From Candidatus Sericytochromatia bacterium (GTDB taxonomy: Bacteria > Cyanobacteriota > Sericytochromatia > S15B-MN24 > JAQBPE01): a stretch of 64,000 nucleotides of DNA. A program made the position numbers and the translations under genes. The notes under the pieces were generated by a model that had not been told where the DNA came from, did not search any database, and worked only from the letters and a program-made list of their open reading frames with translations. Shown here in pieces: positions 1 to 12,206 of the stretch. Location of the stretch: contig JAYKHR010000066.1 of assembly GCA_035285125.1 (NCBI GenBank), positions 64,001 to 128,000 on the forward strand, in the 5' to 3' direction. Each line of letters begins with the position of its first letter. Position 1 is the stretch's first letter.

Positions 1-1018
<1,018 letters not shown>

Positions 1019-1062
1019 CTGGGACCTCGGGCCGCCTCTCGGCGTCTTGCTGGGGCGTCTCT

Positions 1063-1131
1063 ATCATACTTGAAGGGGGGCGCTTGCGCCCGAGGCATCG
1101 CCTACCCACCCCGTCGAGCGTCGGTTATAAT
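1063..1131. promoter_or_regulatory. Divergent sigma70-type -10 boxes for ABC-F (-) and clpP (+)
   Basis: TATGAT on - strand at 1063-1068 and TATAAT on + strand at 1126-1131, in an otherwise GC-rich intergenic region. Confidence 0.55.
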
Positions 1132-1173
1132 GGCCGCGCCCGGGAGGTCCGGGCGCACAGGAAGGAGCACCCG

Positions 1174-1830
1174 ATGTTCGATCCCCGCATGGCCCTCGTT
1201 CCCACCGTCGTCGAGTCCACGAGCCGCGGCGAGCGGGGCTACGACATCTTCTCGCGGCTGCTCAAGGAGCGCATCATCTTCCTGGGCACGCCCATCGATG
1301 ACGACGTTGCCAGCCTCATCATCGCGCAGCTGCTGTTCCTGGAGTCCGAGGACCCCACCAAGGACATCATGGTCTACATCAACAGCCCCGGCGGCGTGGT
1401 CACGGCGGGCATGGCCATCTACGACACCATGCAGTACATCAAGTGCGACGTGTCGACCATCTGCCTCGGCCAGGCGGCCTCGATGGGGTCCTTCCTGCTC
1501 GCCGCAGGCGCGCCGGGCAAGCGTATCGCGCTCCCGAACTCGCGCATCATGATCCACCAGCCCCTGGGCGGGGCGCGCGGGCAGGCGACGGACATCCAGA
1601 TCCAGGCGCAGGAAATCCTGCGGATGAAGAAGTACCTGACCAAGCTGCTGTCGATCCACACCAAGCAGGACGAAGACAAGCTCGCCCGCGACATGGAGCG
1701 CGACTTCTACATGTCTGCCGACGAGGCCAAGGCCTATGGCCTGATCGATCAGGTGCTCGCGCCGCGGATTGGTGCCGACAACGTGCCGATGCCTCCGATG
1801 GAGGGCGGCGAGGGCGACCTCAAGAAGTAG
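1174..1830 (+). CDS. clpP: ATP-dependent Clp protease proteolytic subunit
   Basis: [22 protein letters not shown], catalytic AASMG (Ser), IMIHQP (His), ERD (Asp). AGGAG SD precedes ATG 1174. Confidence 0.97.
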   Translation: MFDPRMALVPTVVESTSRGERGYDIFSRLLKERIIFLGTPIDDDVASLIIAQLLFLESEDPTKDIMVYINSPGGVVTAGMAIYDTMQYIKCDVSTICLGQAASMGSFLLAAGAPGKRIALPNSRIMIHQPLGGARGQATDIQIQAQEILRMKKYLTKLLSIHTKQDEDKLARDMERDFYMSADEAKAYGLIDQVLAPRIGADNVPMPPMEGGEGDLKK

Positions 1831-1834
1831 CCGC

Positions 1835-2107
1835 GTGCCACGCGCCACCCGCAGCTTCGAGACGGACCTGGGCGAGCTGGCCTACCAGATCGCCCGGTCT
1901 GATTCGTACCAGCGGCTCGTTGCCGACTTCAAGACCGGACGGGTCGACGATCAGGAGCTTCAGGAGAACCTTCTGGAACTCCTCGACACCGGTCGGTGCC
2001 GGTTTTTCGGCGACAGGGGCCCTGAGGAGTGGGGCTGGGTCCTCTCCGAGCCTGAGGTGGGGAAGCTCGCGGCCAACCTGTTCCGCGAGGCCGTCGGGGA
2101 CGGATGA
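1835..2107 (+). CDS. Hypothetical protein (~90 aa)
   Basis: GTG 4 nt after the clpP stop, coding-like codon usage, and ATGA overlap with the asparaginase start. Confidence 0.7.
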   Translation: MPRATRSFETDLGELAYQIARSDSYQRLVADFKTGRVDDQELQENLLELLDTGRCRFFGDRGPEEWGWVLSEPEVGKLAANLFREAVGDG

Positions 2108-3105
2108 GCGCCCGAAAGCGCCTGCTCGTCATCAACACCGGCGGCACCCTGGGGATGGACCCGCGGAAAACCGCCCCGCTGGGGCCAAGTGCCCTGGCCG
2201 ATCAGGTGCTGCGGTTCATCCCGGAGGCGCGGGAGATCGCCGACATCGAGATGAAGGTGCTGTTCAACCAGGACAGCGCCAACGTGCAGCCCGCCCACTG
2301 GGATGCCATCGCGGCGTGCGTGGCGGAGGCCATCGACACCTACGACGGGTTCGTTGTCATCCATGGCACCGACACGATGGCCTACACGGCCGCGGCGCTG
2401 TCCTACATGCTGGTGAACCTGCCGCGCCCCGTCGTCCTGACGGGCGCCCAGCGGCCCATTGCCTCGATCCGCACCGACGCCAAGACGAACCTGGTCAACG
2501 CGCTGGAGCTGGCCACGCGCGACATTCCCGAGGTCGGGCTGTTCTTCGACCACCGCCTGTTCCGCGGCAACCGGGCCCACAAGGTGAGCATCGACGACTT
2601 CGACGCGTTCGCGTCGCCGAACTTCCCGCCCCTCGCGGAGGTGGGCCTGCACGTGCAGGTTCGCGAGGACCTGGTGCGGCGGCCGGCTGGCCTGTTCCAG
2701 CTTCAACCCGGGTTCTGTGACAAGGTGCTGATCCTGTGCCTTTTCCCCGGCCTTCGCCCCGAGCACCTCATGCCCCTCCTCGACGCGGACCTCAAGGCCT
2801 TCGTCATCGAGGCGTACGGGGCTGGCACGGTGCCCGTCGCAGAGCGCAGCCTGTTGCCCTTCATCGAGGAGGCAACGCGGCGGGGGCGGCTCGTGGCGAT
2901 CGCCTCCCAGGCCCTCTCGGGCAGGGTAGAGCCGGCGCTCTACGAGGCCGGGCGCCGGGCGCTCGACGCCGGCGCCGTCTCGTGTGGCGACATGACACCC
3001 GCGGCGGCGGCCGTGAAGCTGATGTTCATGTTGGCGCAGTATGCCGAGGACACCCGCAAAGTGGGCCGGGTGTTCGGGCAGTCGATCGCCGGGGAGCTCA
3101 CCTGA
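2104..3105 (+). CDS. ansA: Type I (cytoplasmic) L-asparaginase
   Basis: NTGGTLGM and HGTDTMAY active-site motifs, PVVLTGAQ, RGNR, no signal peptide. Confidence 0.92.
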   Translation: MSARKRLLVINTGGTLGMDPRKTAPLGPSALADQVLRFIPEAREIADIEMKVLFNQDSANVQPAHWDAIAACVAEAIDTYDGFVVIHGTDTMAYTAAALSYMLVNLPRPVVLTGAQRPIASIRTDAKTNLVNALELATRDIPEVGLFFDHRLFRGNRAHKVSIDDFDAFASPNFPPLAEVGLHVQVREDLVRRPAGLFQLQPGFCDKVLILCLFPGLRPEHLMPLLDADLKAFVIEAYGAGTVPVAERSLLPFIEEATRRGRLVAIASQALSGRVEPALYEAGRRALDAGAVSCGDMTPAAAAVKLMFMLAQYAEDTRKVGRVFGQSIAGELT

Positions 3106-3154
3106 CGCGGCCGCCCCAGGGCGCCCCGTGCAATGGGGGCCTGATCGTCCATGG

Positions 3155-3601
3155 TCAGGCGGGTGGGTCGGCCGCCAGCCGGCCGGCCTCGGCCACGAGC
3201 GCTGCAGCCCGAGGTCCCGCCAACTCCGGCGCTGCCTCGAGACCGGCCTCGAGGCACTTCAGGAACGCCGCGGGCTGATGGACGCGGCGCCACTGGTTGC
3301 CATCCCACGTGATGGTGACGAGGAGGCCGGGCGCATCCCCGCGCGCCGTGAGCCGAGGCAGCCACGCCACGACCACGGGCGAGCTGGCCGGCCCCAGCCG
3401 ATCGAGCGCTGCGAGCAGGACGAGCAACCCCCGGCCGCTGTCGTCGGCGGCAGCGTGGGCCGCGAGGGTGATCAGGCGCTCCCGTTGCTCGGTGGCACCC
3501 CGCCGGGTGGCGATGCGGCGCCAGCCCAAGACGGCGGCGCCCCCGAACCCCAGGCCGAACGTGCCGATCACGGCTGCAGCCAGCTGCCACGCGGAGCCCA
3601 T
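3155..3601 (-). CDS. Hypothetical protein with N-terminal TM helix
   Basis: MGSAWQLAAAVIGTFGLGFGGAAVLGW hydrophobic N-terminus. Start overlaps the upstream stop (TGATG). Confidence 0.65.
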   Translation of the reverse strand: MGSAWQLAAAVIGTFGLGFGGAAVLGWRRIATRRGATEQRERLITLAAHAAADDSGRGLLVLLAALDRLGPASSPVVVAWLPRLTARGDAPGLLVTITWDGNQWRRVHQPAAFLKCLEAGLEAAPELAGPRAAALVAEAGRLAADPPA

Positions 3602-4134
3602 CAGCTTCCGCGCTCCTGCTGGCTCCCGGGCGCGAGCGCCGTGGGGCGAAAGCCTACCGCCAGCACGACCTGCCCCAGGGCAGGGCTCGCCACCGTGTCC
3701 AGCATCCAGCGCGCCTCTGGCCCCAGGGGCTTGCGCGTCCCCTTGCCCGACCGACACGTCTCAGTGAACGTGCGGGCCGCCACACGCCTGGCTTCGGCGT
3801 CCAGCCCGGCATCTTGCAGGAAGAGGCCCACGACGTGTTCCAGCCTCGGCATGTCCCGCTCCCGGCGGGGCAGCGGCAGCACCAGCACCTGCTGCACGAT
3901 GAGGCCGTCCTGGACGTCGACGAGGAGCAAGGGGTTGCCGATCGTGCAGCCCCGGGCGGGGCCAAACCGAAAGCGTGCGCCCTGGCGCCCCTCGTAGCGG
4001 AAGAGTCGGTCGCCCTGCAGCAGCAACGACTTCTCGAACCGAAGGTAGGTGTCGCCCAGCGCGGCCTCTGCCGGGGGTGCCCCCAGGACCGTCAGCGCAA
4101 GGCCCAGCGCCAGGCCCGAGCGGCCGGCCGTCAT
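3601..4134 (-). CDS. Hypothetical secreted protein
   Basis: Signal-peptide-like MTAGRSGLALGLALTVLGAPPAEA. Start overlaps the upstream stop (ATGA). Confidence 0.7.
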   Translation of the reverse strand: MTAGRSGLALGLALTVLGAPPAEAALGDTYLRFEKSLLLQGDRLFRYEGRQGARFRFGPARGCTIGNPLLLVDVQDGLIVQQVLVLPLPRRERDMPRLEHVVGLFLQDAGLDAEARRVAARTFTETCRSGKGTRKPLGPEARWMLDTVASPALGQVVLAVGFRPTALAPGSQQERGS

Positions 4135-4271
4135 GCGTCGCGACCGGATGCCGGAGACTCTCCCAGTTCGGCCAGCAAGGCCTCCACCCGCTTGGTCATG
4201 GTGGTGGTGGGCACGAACAGCGAGATGAAGAAGAGCCACGCGAGGCGGATGTAGAGCTTCCAGCGTGCCAT
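4131..4271 (-). CDS. Small hydrophobic protein (46 aa)
   Basis: MARWKLYIRLAWLFFISLFVPTTTMTKRVEALLAELGESPASGRDA, with GC3-rich codons and coupling to the next gene. Confidence 0.55.
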   Translation of the reverse strand: MARWKLYIRLAWLFFISLFVPTTTMTKRVEALLAELGESPASGRDA

Positions 4272-4287
4272 CCGGCAGTCAGTCCCC

Positions 4288-4323
4288 AAAAGAAAGAGGG
4301 CGGCCGTTGCCGACCGCCCTCTT
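4288..4323 (-). terminator. Intrinsic terminator after the tRNA pair
   Basis: On - strand: AAGAGGGCGGTCG-GCAA-CGGCCGCCCTCTT followed by TCTTTT. Confidence 0.8.
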
Positions 4324-4328
4324 GCAGG

Positions 4329-4399
4329 CTCCCCGTCAAGGATTCGAACCTCGATTAACTGGGCCAGAACCAGTCGTCCTACCATTAGACGAACGGGGA
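4329..4399 (-). tRNA. tRNA-Gln(CTG)
   Basis: TCCCCGTTCGTCTAATGGTAGGACGACTGGTT-CTG-GCCCAGTTAATCGAGGTTCGAATCCTTGACGGGGAG. Cloverleaf, CCA not fully encoded. Confidence 0.95.
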
Positions 4400-4400
4400 A

Positions 4401-4476
4401 TGGCGTCCCTGACAGGACTTGAACCTGTGACCTTCTGCTCCGGAGGCAGACGCTCTATCCACTGAGCTACAGAGAC
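4401..4476 (-). tRNA. tRNA-Arg(CCG)
   Basis: GTCTCTGTAGCTCAGTGGATAGAGCGTCTGCCT-CCG-GAGCAGAAGGTCACAGGTTCAAGTCCTGTCAGGGACGCCA. Confidence 0.95.
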
Positions 4477-4486
4477 TACACTGGAA

Positions 4487-4515
4487 AGTATACAGAAAGC
4501 CCTTCGGGGCGTCCA
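4487..4515 (-). promoter_or_regulatory. sigma70 promoter of the tRNA-Arg/tRNA-Gln operon
   Basis: TGGACG-17nt-TATACT just upstream of the tRNA-Arg 5' end. Confidence 0.7.
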
Positions 4516-4687
4516 GAGGGTTCCAGCGCTTTTCCCCGGAAGGGCCGATCCGCCGGGGGCGTTCAGCGGGCCCCGGGTGCTGGTTCGCGGCGAGGCCTCC
4601 AGGCACCGCGACGGGGGCCCGAGGTTGGCCTGCAGGCGATCTCCCGCGTGGTAAGCTGTGCCAACGGCAGGTGGAGAGGGAGGTCCC

Positions 4688-5368
4688 GTGCGCTTCAAGG
4701 CGGTGTTGTTCGACATGGACGGCGTGGTGGCAGACACCATGCCGCTGCATCGTGAGGTGTGGCGGAGGTTCGCCGCCTCCCACGGCGTTCCGCGAACCCT
4801 TGAGGAGCTGCGGCCGCTCGATGGCCGGCGGGCAGGCGACATCGTGGAGCTGCTGCTAGGCGAGCGGGACCCCGACCGGGTGAACACCCTCGCGGAGGCC
4901 CGGGAGGCGCTGTATCGGGACCTGCTCGCCACGGCCACCGTCGAGGCCGTGACGGGGGTGCGCGAGCTGCTCGCGTGGCTGGGCGACAGGCGGATCCCGC
5001 GCGTGCTGGCCACCAGTGCCACGCCCGAGAACGTGGAGCAGGTGCTCGGCCCCCTCGGCCTGCGTGGCGCGTTCGAGGGGGTCGTGTCCTCGGTGGACGT
5101 CACGCGAGGCAAGCCGGACCCCGAGGTTTACGTGCGCGCCGCCGGCCGAGCGGGGGTGACGCCGGGTGACTGCCTGGTGATCGAGGACGCGCTGCCCGGG
5201 GTGGAGGCGGCCTGCGCCGCCGGCGCCACCTGCCTGGGACTGACGACGAGCCTGGCAGAGGGCCCGCTCCGAGCGGCCGGAGCGCGCTGGGTCGTGCCCG
5301 ACCTCCACGTCGCCACCATCCTGGCTCTTCCGGAGGTGGGCGCCTCCGAGGCGGCAGGGGCCCCCTGA
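4688..5368 (+). CDS. HAD-superfamily phosphatase (beta-phosphoglucomutase-like)
   Basis: Motif I FDMDGV, motif II ATS, GKPDPEVY, motif IV IEDA. Extended -10 TGG-TAAGCT at 4649-4657. Confidence 0.88.
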   Translation: MRFKAVLFDMDGVVADTMPLHREVWRRFAASHGVPRTLEELRPLDGRRAGDIVELLLGERDPDRVNTLAEAREALYRDLLATATVEAVTGVRELLAWLGDRRIPRVLATSATPENVEQVLGPLGLRGAFEGVVSSVDVTRGKPDPEVYVRAAGRAGVTPGDCLVIEDALPGVEAACAAGATCLGLTTSLAEGPLRAAGARWVVPDLHVATILALPEVGASEAAGAP

Positions 5369-5440
5369 GCCGCTCCGCCAAGCTGGCTGCATCGGGTGTA
5401 TCATCTTCAGCTGGGCTTGGCCCTTCGGAGGAGGAACACC

Positions 5441-6442
5441 ATGACGCGCGTGCTGGCGGCAGACATCGGGGGCACCAAGGTCGCGATGGCGATCCTGTCG
5501 TGGCCGGAGGGTGGGGGAACCATCGTGGTGGAGGCGCACGAGCGCTTCGTCAGCGCGGACCATGCCACCTTCACCGAGATCCTGCGGGACTTTCGGCAGC
5601 GCCACCCGGAGCCCCTGGCGGCGACGGGCCTCGGCATCGCCGGGCCGGTGTTCGACCGTCGCTGCCAGGCCACCAACCTCCCCTGGACGGTGGACGCCCG
5701 GGAGCTCGAGGCCGCCCTGCCACTCGGTCGGGTGGCGCTCGTCAACGACTTCAAGGCCGCGGCCCTCGGGGTGCTCCACCTCCAGCCCGGCGAGTGGACC
5801 GAACTTAACGCCGGCACCCCTGAGCCAAACGCCCCGATTGCCGTCCTCGGTGCAGGCACCGGCCTCGGTGAGGCCTTCTTGTTCCACGACGGGGCCCGCT
5901 ACTGCGTCGTGCCCACCGAGGGCGGCCACAAGGACTTCGCGCCCCGGAACGAGCAGGAGATGGCCCTGCTCGGGTTCATGCTGAAGCGCCACGCCAGGGT
6001 CTCGTACGAGCGGCTCGTGTCGGGTGCTGGCGTCAGGGCCATCTACGACTTCCTCGTCGAGTCGGGCCACGGCCCAGCCCTGCCCGAGGTGGCCGACGCG
6101 TTCGACCGAGAGGACGATGCGGCCGTCATCTCGCGGCACGCGCTGGCCGGGGACGACCCCGTCTGCGTCGAGGCGATGCGGCTGTTTATGGCCATCTACG
6201 GCGCTGAGGCGGGCAACATGGCCCTGCAGGTGCTGGCGCGCGGCGGCGTTTACGTCGCGGGTGGGATCGGCCCCAAGAACCTGCCGCTCATGACCGACGG
6301 CACGTTCCGCGCCGCTTACACCCACAAGGGGCGCTTCTCAGAGCTGGTCGCGTCGATCCCGGTGCGGCTCGTGACGAACCCCCACCTCGCCTTGCTCGGG
6401 GCCGGGGCCGCCGCCATGGAACTCGAGCGCCAGAGCGGCTGA
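5441..6442 (+). CDS. glk: Glucokinase (non-ROK Glk family)
   Basis: ADIGGTK, GIAGPV, NDF, GAGTGLG, EGGH, ERLVSG, GGVYVAGGI. GGAGG SD. Confidence 0.93.
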   Translation: MTRVLAADIGGTKVAMAILSWPEGGGTIVVEAHERFVSADHATFTEILRDFRQRHPEPLAATGLGIAGPVFDRRCQATNLPWTVDARELEAALPLGRVALVNDFKAAALGVLHLQPGEWTELNAGTPEPNAPIAVLGAGTGLGEAFLFHDGARYCVVPTEGGHKDFAPRNEQEMALLGFMLKRHARVSYERLVSGAGVRAIYDFLVESGHGPALPEVADAFDREDDAAVISRHALAGDDPVCVEAMRLFMAIYGAEAGNMALQVLARGGVYVAGGIGPKNLPLMTDGTFRAAYTHKGRFSELVASIPVRLVTNPHLALLGAGAAAMELERQSG

Positions 6443-6530
6443 CGCTGGGCCCGCGGCGCGGTCGGCCGGGGCGGTTCCTCGCGGCCCGGGGCCGGCCACG
6501 CCGCGTGAGCGCCTCCGGCTGCCAAGAACC

Positions 6531-6561
6531 AGAAGGGCCTGTCCCCAACGGGGACAAGCCC
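6531..6561 (-). terminator. Hairpin terminator after the OPT transporter
   Basis: On - strand: GGGCTTGTCCCC-GTT-GGGGACAGGCCC-TTCT, between convergent genes. Confidence 0.55.
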
Positions 6562-6579
6562 GTGCCGTGCGCCGGGCGC

Positions 6580-8520
6580 TTACAGCTTGAGCACGATCGT
6601 GAGCCCGATGATGACCACGGCCGCGATGCTCTCGCCTGCGATCACGCCGGACGAGAACGGGATGGTGTGCCGCTCGGCGAGAGCCGGCCGCAACCGCATC
6701 AGCCACCAGGCGGTGAAGGCCCCCAGGAAGATGGCGACGGAGTTGCCGAAGGGCAGCACGAGCGCCAGGCCCAGGCCCGTGGGGGAGGGCAGCCACTTGC
6801 GCCACGCCGGCCGGAAGTGCTCGAGCAGCGTGACCACGATGCCGAAGGCGATGGTGAAGGCGGCAAACTGCAGGGCCGTGGGGGGCAGGGCGGAGAGGCC
6901 CTTGGCGAGGGCTTCTGCCGTGGCCTTCCAGACCAGCGCCCCGGGGGCGGCGAAGGTGGTGCCCAGCACCGAGGCGTCGGGCACCAGCAAGAAGTAGGCA
7001 GGGATGCAGAACAGCGTGCCAGCCAACACGCCGTAAAGCTGGGCCAAGAACTGCTGGCGCGGGTTGGCGCCCAGCAGGTAGCCGCTCTTGAGGTCCACGA
7101 GCAGATCCGCCGAGTGGATGGCGGCCCCGGCCGTCACGTTGGCCGTCATCAGGTTGGTGATGGGCTGGCCGGGGGCGATGGCGCCGTAGGTGAGCTGGGT
7201 GACCTTGCCCATCGCCCCCGTGGGGGAGATGTCCGTCTCGCCAGTGACGCGCGAGACGACCATCGACAGGACCACCGCCAGGAACACCGCCAGCAAGGCC
7301 ATCAGGAACGGGATGTGGAACAGCCACATCTGGAGGACGACGCACGCCACGCCGCCCACGGCGAAGCCGTACACAAACCAGTGCCCGGGCACCTCGATGG
7401 CCGCGGCGCGGGCGTCCTGGTTCGTGGCGCCCTGAGGCTTGAAGACGTCTGTGATGCCCGAAAAGCCCCTGGCCAGGGAGGGCCAGATCAGGGCCAGTCC
7501 GACCAGGGTGGAGATGACGAGCATGCCCGTGCCGGGCCAGGTGGTCCACGCCACCACCTGCTTCTGGCCGCCCTCGATCACGACGCCGTTCGCCACGATC
7601 TTGTTTTGAATCAGCCACGGGGCGATGAAGAGCCAGTTGAGCAGCGCCCCGACCAGCACGCTGACGCCAGTCCGCATCCCGATGATGGCGCCCGCGGCGT
7701 AGAGCAACAGGCTGGTGTCGAGCCCCAGCGTCAGCTTGTTCCAGGGGATGCCCTGGTAGGTGTGCCTGGTGGGGTCCGCCGGCAGCTGCCCGGGGATGGC
7801 GAGGACCTCGAGGGGCTTCAGGGCGGCGTACTTGGCGCACAGGGCCGGGTGGAGATCCTTGAAGTAGGCCACGGCAGCGCCGAGCAGCCCGCCGATGCCC
7901 AGAGAGCGGGCCTTCGCCAAGGCCTCTTCACCGTGACCGTGCAGGCTCTTGATGGTCTCGGCCGCGGCGATGCCGCTCGGGAAGGGCAGCTGGTCGATGT
8001 TGATCATCTGGCGCTTCATCGGGATGGCGATGAACACGCCGAGGATGGAGATGGCGCCGATCCACAAGAACAGGTGGAAGCCGCTCAGCACGGGCTGTTC
8101 GAGCAGCAGCAGGGCGGGAATGGCCGTGGTCAGGCCGGCTGAGGCCATGAACCCGGCCGCGGAGCTGACGGACTGCATGGCGTTGTTCTCGAGGTCGGTG
8201 AACTCTCCCCCGGGCAGGATCCCCTCCAGCGCCTTGAAGATGGCGTACGCCAGGATGCCCGCCGTGATCGTCACGCCGAAGCCCCAGCCGGTCTTGAGGC
8301 CGACGTAGAGGTTCGAGACCGACATCACGCCGCCGATCACCATGCCCATCACCACGGCGCGACCCGTGAGCTGCTTGACGTCCCCGCGGTAGACGCGGTC
8401 ATACCAGTAGGCCTCTCGCTCGTCGGGCGCCATGCCGGCCATCGCCTGCATGGCCTGGCTCAGGTCGGGGGCCCCGTCGGGACCGTGGGGTGGCTGGGTG
8501 GGGGCTTGCTCGGCGGACAT
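6580..8520 (-). CDS. OPT family oligopeptide transporter
   Basis: [49 protein letters not shown] and many TM helices. Confidence 0.92.
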   Translation of the reverse strand: MSAEQAPTQPPHGPDGAPDLSQAMQAMAGMAPDEREAYWYDRVYRGDVKQLTGRAVVMGMVIGGVMSVSNLYVGLKTGWGFGVTITAGILAYAIFKALEGILPGGEFTDLENNAMQSVSSAAGFMASAGLTTAIPALLLLEQPVLSGFHLFLWIGAISILGVFIAIPMKRQMINIDQLPFPSGIAAAETIKSLHGHGEEALAKARSLGIGGLLGAAVAYFKDLHPALCAKYAALKPLEVLAIPGQLPADPTRHTYQGIPWNKLTLGLDTSLLLYAAGAIIGMRTGVSVLVGALLNWLFIAPWLIQNKIVANGVVIEGGQKQVVAWTTWPGTGMLVISTLVGLALIWPSLARGFSGITDVFKPQGATNQDARAAAIEVPGHWFVYGFAVGGVACVVLQMWLFHIPFLMALLAVFLAVVLSMVVSRVTGETDISPTGAMGKVTQLTYGAIAPGQPITNLMTANVTAGAAIHSADLLVDLKSGYLLGANPRQQFLAQLYGVLAGTLFCIPAYFLLVPDASVLGTTFAAPGALVWKATAEALAKGLSALPPTALQFAAFTIAFGIVVTLLEHFRPAWRKWLPSPTGLGLALVLPFGNSVAIFLGAFTAWWLMRLRPALAERHTIPFSSGVIAGESIAAVVIIGLTIVLKL

Positions 8521-8648
8521 CGGTGCCTCGGCTCGGTGGCGGGAACAGTCGCCCTGCCCCGCGCGTCCGACGCCCGAGACAGGCGCCCTCGTTGTACCCA
8601 CCCGATACGGGGGAGGCACCGGGCAGGTCCACTCCCCCGCCCGGCGGC

Positions 8649-8678
8649 CTGAAATCCGCGCCGTGCCTGTGTTAGGAT
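8649..8678 (+). promoter_or_regulatory. Putative icmF promoter
   Basis: CTGAAA-18nt-TAGGAT with extended TGn. Confidence 0.45.
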
Positions 8679-8734
8679 GGGGGTGGACAATGACGTCACG
8701 GCGGCTTCTGCCCGCCCGGAAGAGGACCACCCCG

Positions 8735-11700
8735 ATGACCACGGACCTGCCGACCGCCTCCCCCCAGGCCCCGGGCCCCTACGCGCCGCGCCACGGCGTC
8801 CGCTTCGTCACGGCCGCCTCGCTGTTCGACGGCCACGACGCCGCCATCAACATCATGCGGCGCATCCTCCAGGCCACGGGCGTGGAGGTGATCCACCTCG
8901 GGCACAACCGATCCGTGCGGGAGGTCGTCGAGACGGCGATCCAGGAAGATGCCCACGGCATCGCCATCTCGAGCTACCAGGGCGGCCACGTGGAGTACTT
9001 CAAGTATGCCGTGGAGCTGCTTCGGGAGCGGGGGGCGGGCCACATCCGGGTGTACGGGGGCGGGGGCGGCGTGATCGTGCCTGCCGAGATCGCGGAACTC
9101 GAGGCCAGCGGCGTCGCCAAGATCTTCTCGCCGGAGGACGGCCGCCAGCTTGGCCTTCAGGGGATGATCGATCGGATGGTGGCCGAGAGCGATCACGCGA
9201 TGGTGGAGCGAGGGTTGCCAGCGCCGGAGCACGTCGTGCCGACCCAGGCTCAGGCCGTGGCGCGGGCCATCACGGCTGTCGAGGCCGGGGCGGCCGACGG
9301 CCTGCTCGCCGCTCTGGCGGCGCGAGCCGCGGCGTCGACGGCGCCGGTGTTGGGAATCACTGGCACCGGCGGGGCAGGCAAGTCGAGCCTGACGGACGAG
9401 CTCGTGCGTCGGATCCTGGCAGACTTCCCGGAGCGTCGCATCGCCATCCTCTCGGTGGACCCCACGAAGCGCAAGACGGGCGGGGCTTTGCTCGGAGACC
9501 GAATCCGGATGAACGCCATCTACGACGAGCGCGTTTACATGCGCTCGCTCGCCACCCGCACGGCCCATGCCGCGACCTCCGGGGCCCTGCGCGACGCCAT
9601 CGCGGTGGTGCGCGGGGCTGGCTTCGACATGGTCATCGTCGAGACGGCCGGGATCGGGCAGTCGGACTCCGCCATCGTGGACCTCGTGGACGTCTCCCTC
9701 TACGTGATGACCAGTGAGTTCGGGGCGGCGAGCCAGCTCGAGAAAATCGACATGCTCGACTTCGCCGACCTCGTGGCCATCAACAAGTACGACAAGCGCG
9801 GGGCCCTCGACGCGCTTCGGGACGTGCGCAAGCAGTACCAGCGCAACCACCGCCGCTTCGACGAGCCTGTGGAGGCAATGCCGGTGTTCGGCACCGTCGC
9901 CTCGCAGTTCAACGACGAGGGCACCAACTGGCTGTACGTGAACCTGATGGAGGCCGTCGCCAGGAAGGCCGGGGCCGCATGGCAGCCACGGCTGCAGGTC
10001 GAGGCGCGTGACAGCCGCAGGCAGGCCGTGATCCCGCCTGACCGCGAGCGCTACCTCGCCGAGATCGCCGACGCCGTGCAGGCCCACAAGGCCGAGGCCC
10101 ACGCCCAGGCTGAGCGGGCCAGCGAGGCCTACGGCTGCTGGGTCGCCCTGCGCGCCCTCGGCGATGCCGTGCCCGCCATGGCGGGGCTCCTCGACCCAGC
10201 CGCCCTGGTGGACGCGGCCGCCGACCCGGCCGTGCAGGTGCTCCGACAGCGCTACCAGGCGGCGCTCCTCGACCTCTCTCGGGAGCACCTGGCGCTGCTC
10301 CAGGGCTGGCCGGCGCTCGCCGGCGCCTACCGGTCGCCGGTACACACCTACGAGGTGCGGGGCAAGGCCATCAAGGTCGAGAACACCACCGAGAGCCTGT
10401 CAGGGCTCGCCATCCCCAAGGTGGCGCTGCCCGATCACCGCGACTGGGGCGACCTGCTGGCCTGGCAGCTGCTGGAGAACGTGCCGGGGCGCTACCCCTA
10501 CACCGCAGGCGTCTTCGACTTCAAGCGCCAGGGGGAGGATCCCACGCGGCAGTTCGCAGGCGAGGGCACGCCCGAGCGCACCAACAAGCGGTTCCACTAC
10601 CTCTCCGAGGGACAGCCCGCGATCAGGCTGTCGACGGCCTTCGACTCGGTGACGCTCTACGGGGAAGACCCCGCGACCCCGCCCGACGTGTATGGCAAGA
10701 TTGGCAACTCGGGCGTCTCGATCTGCACCGTCGATGACGCCAAGAAGCTGTACTCGGGGTTTGACCTGTGCGCGCCCAGCACGTCGGTCTCGATGACCAT
10801 CAACGGGCCCGCCCCCATCCTGCTGGCTTTTTACCTGAACGCGGCCATCGACCAGCAGGTCGAGCGGCACCTGCACGAGACGGGGGCCTGGGACGCTGCC
10901 GCGGCGAGGATCGCGGCCCACTTCGAGTCCCAGGGGCTCCCCCGCCCGGTGTACCGCGGCACGGATGTTCCGGCAGCGGGTCGCCTGTACGGCCTTCGCA
11001 CCCTCGGCGTGACGGGTGACATGCTCGTCGATGCCGAGACCTACGCCCGCATCAAGGCCCAGACCCTCGCCGTGGTCCGCGGCACGGTTCAGGCCGACAT
11101 TCTGAAGGAAGACCAGGCGCAGAACACGTGCATCTTCAGCACCGAGTTCGCGCTGCGGATGATGGGGGACATCCAGCGCTACTTCATCGACCACGGCGTG
11201 CGGAACTACTACTCGGTATCCATCAGCGGCTACCACATTGCCGAGGCCGGGGCCAACCCGATCAGCCAGCTCGCCTTCACGCTGGCCAACGGCTTCACCT
11301 ACGTCGAGTACTACCTGGCACGGGGAATGGCGATCGACGACTTCGCCCCCAACCTCAGCTTCTTCTTCTCCAACGGCATCGATCCCGAGTATGCCGTCAT
11401 CGGTCGAGTGGCTCGGCGCATCTGGGCCACGGCCATGCGGCGGCGGTACGGCGCCAACGAGCGCTCGCAGAAGCTGAAGTACCACATCCAGACCTCCGGT
11501 CGCAGCCTGCACGCCCAGGAGATCGACTTCAACGACATCCGCACCACCCTGCAGGCCCTGTACGCCATCTACGACAACTGCAACTCGCTGCACACCAACG
11601 CCTACGACGAGGCCATCACGACGCCGACGGAGGAAAGCGTGCGGCGGGCCATGGCCATTCAGCTGATCATCAACCGGGAGCTGGGCCTTGCGCGAAACGA

Positions 11701-12178
11701 GAACCCGCTGCAGGGGGCCTTCATCATCCGGGAGCTCACGGAGCTCGTGGAGGAGGCCGTCCTCGCGGAGTTCCGCCGGCTGTCGCAGCGCGGCGGGGTG
11801 CTGGGCGCCATGGAGACCATGTACCAGCGCGGCAAGATCCAGGACGAGTCGATGCACTACGAGCACCTGAAGCATGACGGCCGCCTGCCCATCGTCGGCG
11901 TCAACACGTTCCTCAACCCCAAGCCCGTGGACTACGGCGGGGCGATCGAGCTCATCCGCTCCACCGAAGAGGAAAAGCGGCAGCAGATCGCCAACCTGAC
12001 GGCCTTCCACACTCGCAACCGCGAGGCTGCGCCGGCTGCGTTGGCGCGCCTGCAGGCCGAGGCAGTGGCTGGCGGCAACGTCTTCGAGGCGCTGATGGAG
12101 ACGGTGAAGACCTGCTCACTCGGACAGATCACCCGAGCGCTTTACGCGGTTGGCGGGCAGTACCGGCGAAACATGTGA
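8735..12178 (+). CDS. icmF: Fused isobutyryl-CoA mutase/GTPase chaperone
   Basis: N-terminal B12-binding DGHD, MeaB-like [17 protein letters not shown], and a mutase barrel with TRQFAG (Phe specificity residue of ICM) and a YRRNM end. Confidence 0.95.
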   Translation: MTTDLPTASPQAPGPYAPRHGVRFVTAASLFDGHDAAINIMRRILQATGVEVIHLGHNRSVREVVETAIQEDAHGIAISSYQGGHVEYFKYAVELLRERGAGHIRVYGGGGGVIVPAEIAELEASGVAKIFSPEDGRQLGLQGMIDRMVAESDHAMVERGLPAPEHVVPTQAQAVARAITAVEAGAADGLLAALAARAAASTAPVLGITGTGGAGKSSLTDELVRRILADFPERRIAILSVDPTKRKTGGALLGDRIRMNAIYDERVYMRSLATRTAHAATSGALRDAIAVVRGAGFDMVIVETAGIGQSDSAIVDLVDVSLYVMTSEFGAASQLEKIDMLDFADLVAINKYDKRGALDALRDVRKQYQRNHRRFDEPVEAMPVFGTVASQFNDEGTNWLYVNLMEAVARKAGAAWQPRLQVEARDSRRQAVIPPDRERYLAEIADAVQAHKAEAHAQAERASEAYGCWVALRALGDAVPAMAGLLDPAALVDAAADPAVQVLRQRYQAALLDLSREHLALLQGWPALAGAYRSPVHTYEVRGKAIKVENTTESLSGLAIPKVALPDHRDWGDLLAWQLLENVPGRYPYTAGVFDFKRQGEDPTRQFAGEGTPERTNKRFHYLSEGQPAIRLSTAFDSVTLYGEDPATPPDVYGKIGNSGVSICTVDDAKKLYSGFDLCAPSTSVSMTINGPAPILLAFYLNAAIDQQVERHLHETGAWDAAAARIAAHFESQGLPRPVYRGTDVPAAGRLYGLRTLGVTGDMLVDAETYARIKAQTLAVVRGTVQADILKEDQAQNTCIFSTEFALRMMGDIQRYFIDHGVRNYYSVSISGYHIAEAGANPISQLAFTLANGFTYVEYYLARGMAIDDFAPNLSFFFSNGIDPEYAVIGRVARRIWATAMRRRYGANERSQKLKYHIQTSGRSLHAQEIDFNDIRTTLQALYAIYDNCNSLHTNAYDEAITTPTEESVRRAMAIQLIINRELGLARNENPLQGAFIIRELTELVEEAVLAEFRRLSQRGGVLGAMETMYQRGKIQDESMHYEHLKHDGRLPIVGVNTFLNPKPVDYGGAIELIRSTEEEKRQQIANLTAFHTRNREAAPAALARLQAEAVAGGNVFEALMETVKTCSLGQITRALYAVGGQYRRNM

Positions 12179-12206
12179 GGGGTCTCACCGGGAGTCAGAC
12201 GAAGGG

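Noticed and set aside
4329..4476. tRNA genes as integration sites (also 37482-37555 and 56838-56929)
   Set aside because: No integrase and no duplicated tRNA 3' end were seen, and the flanks look native.
4567..4621. Imperfect long hairpin between the tRNA and HAD promoters
   Set aside because: It is a single copy with no recognisable RNA family motif, and such pairing is likely by chance at this GC content.
8521..8730. Cobalamin riboswitch upstream of B12-dependent icmF
   Set aside because: GGGAA and a GCCCC run are present, but the GGTGnAAnTCC and 3' B12-box motifs are missing, and the likely icmF promoter lies downstream of this segment.
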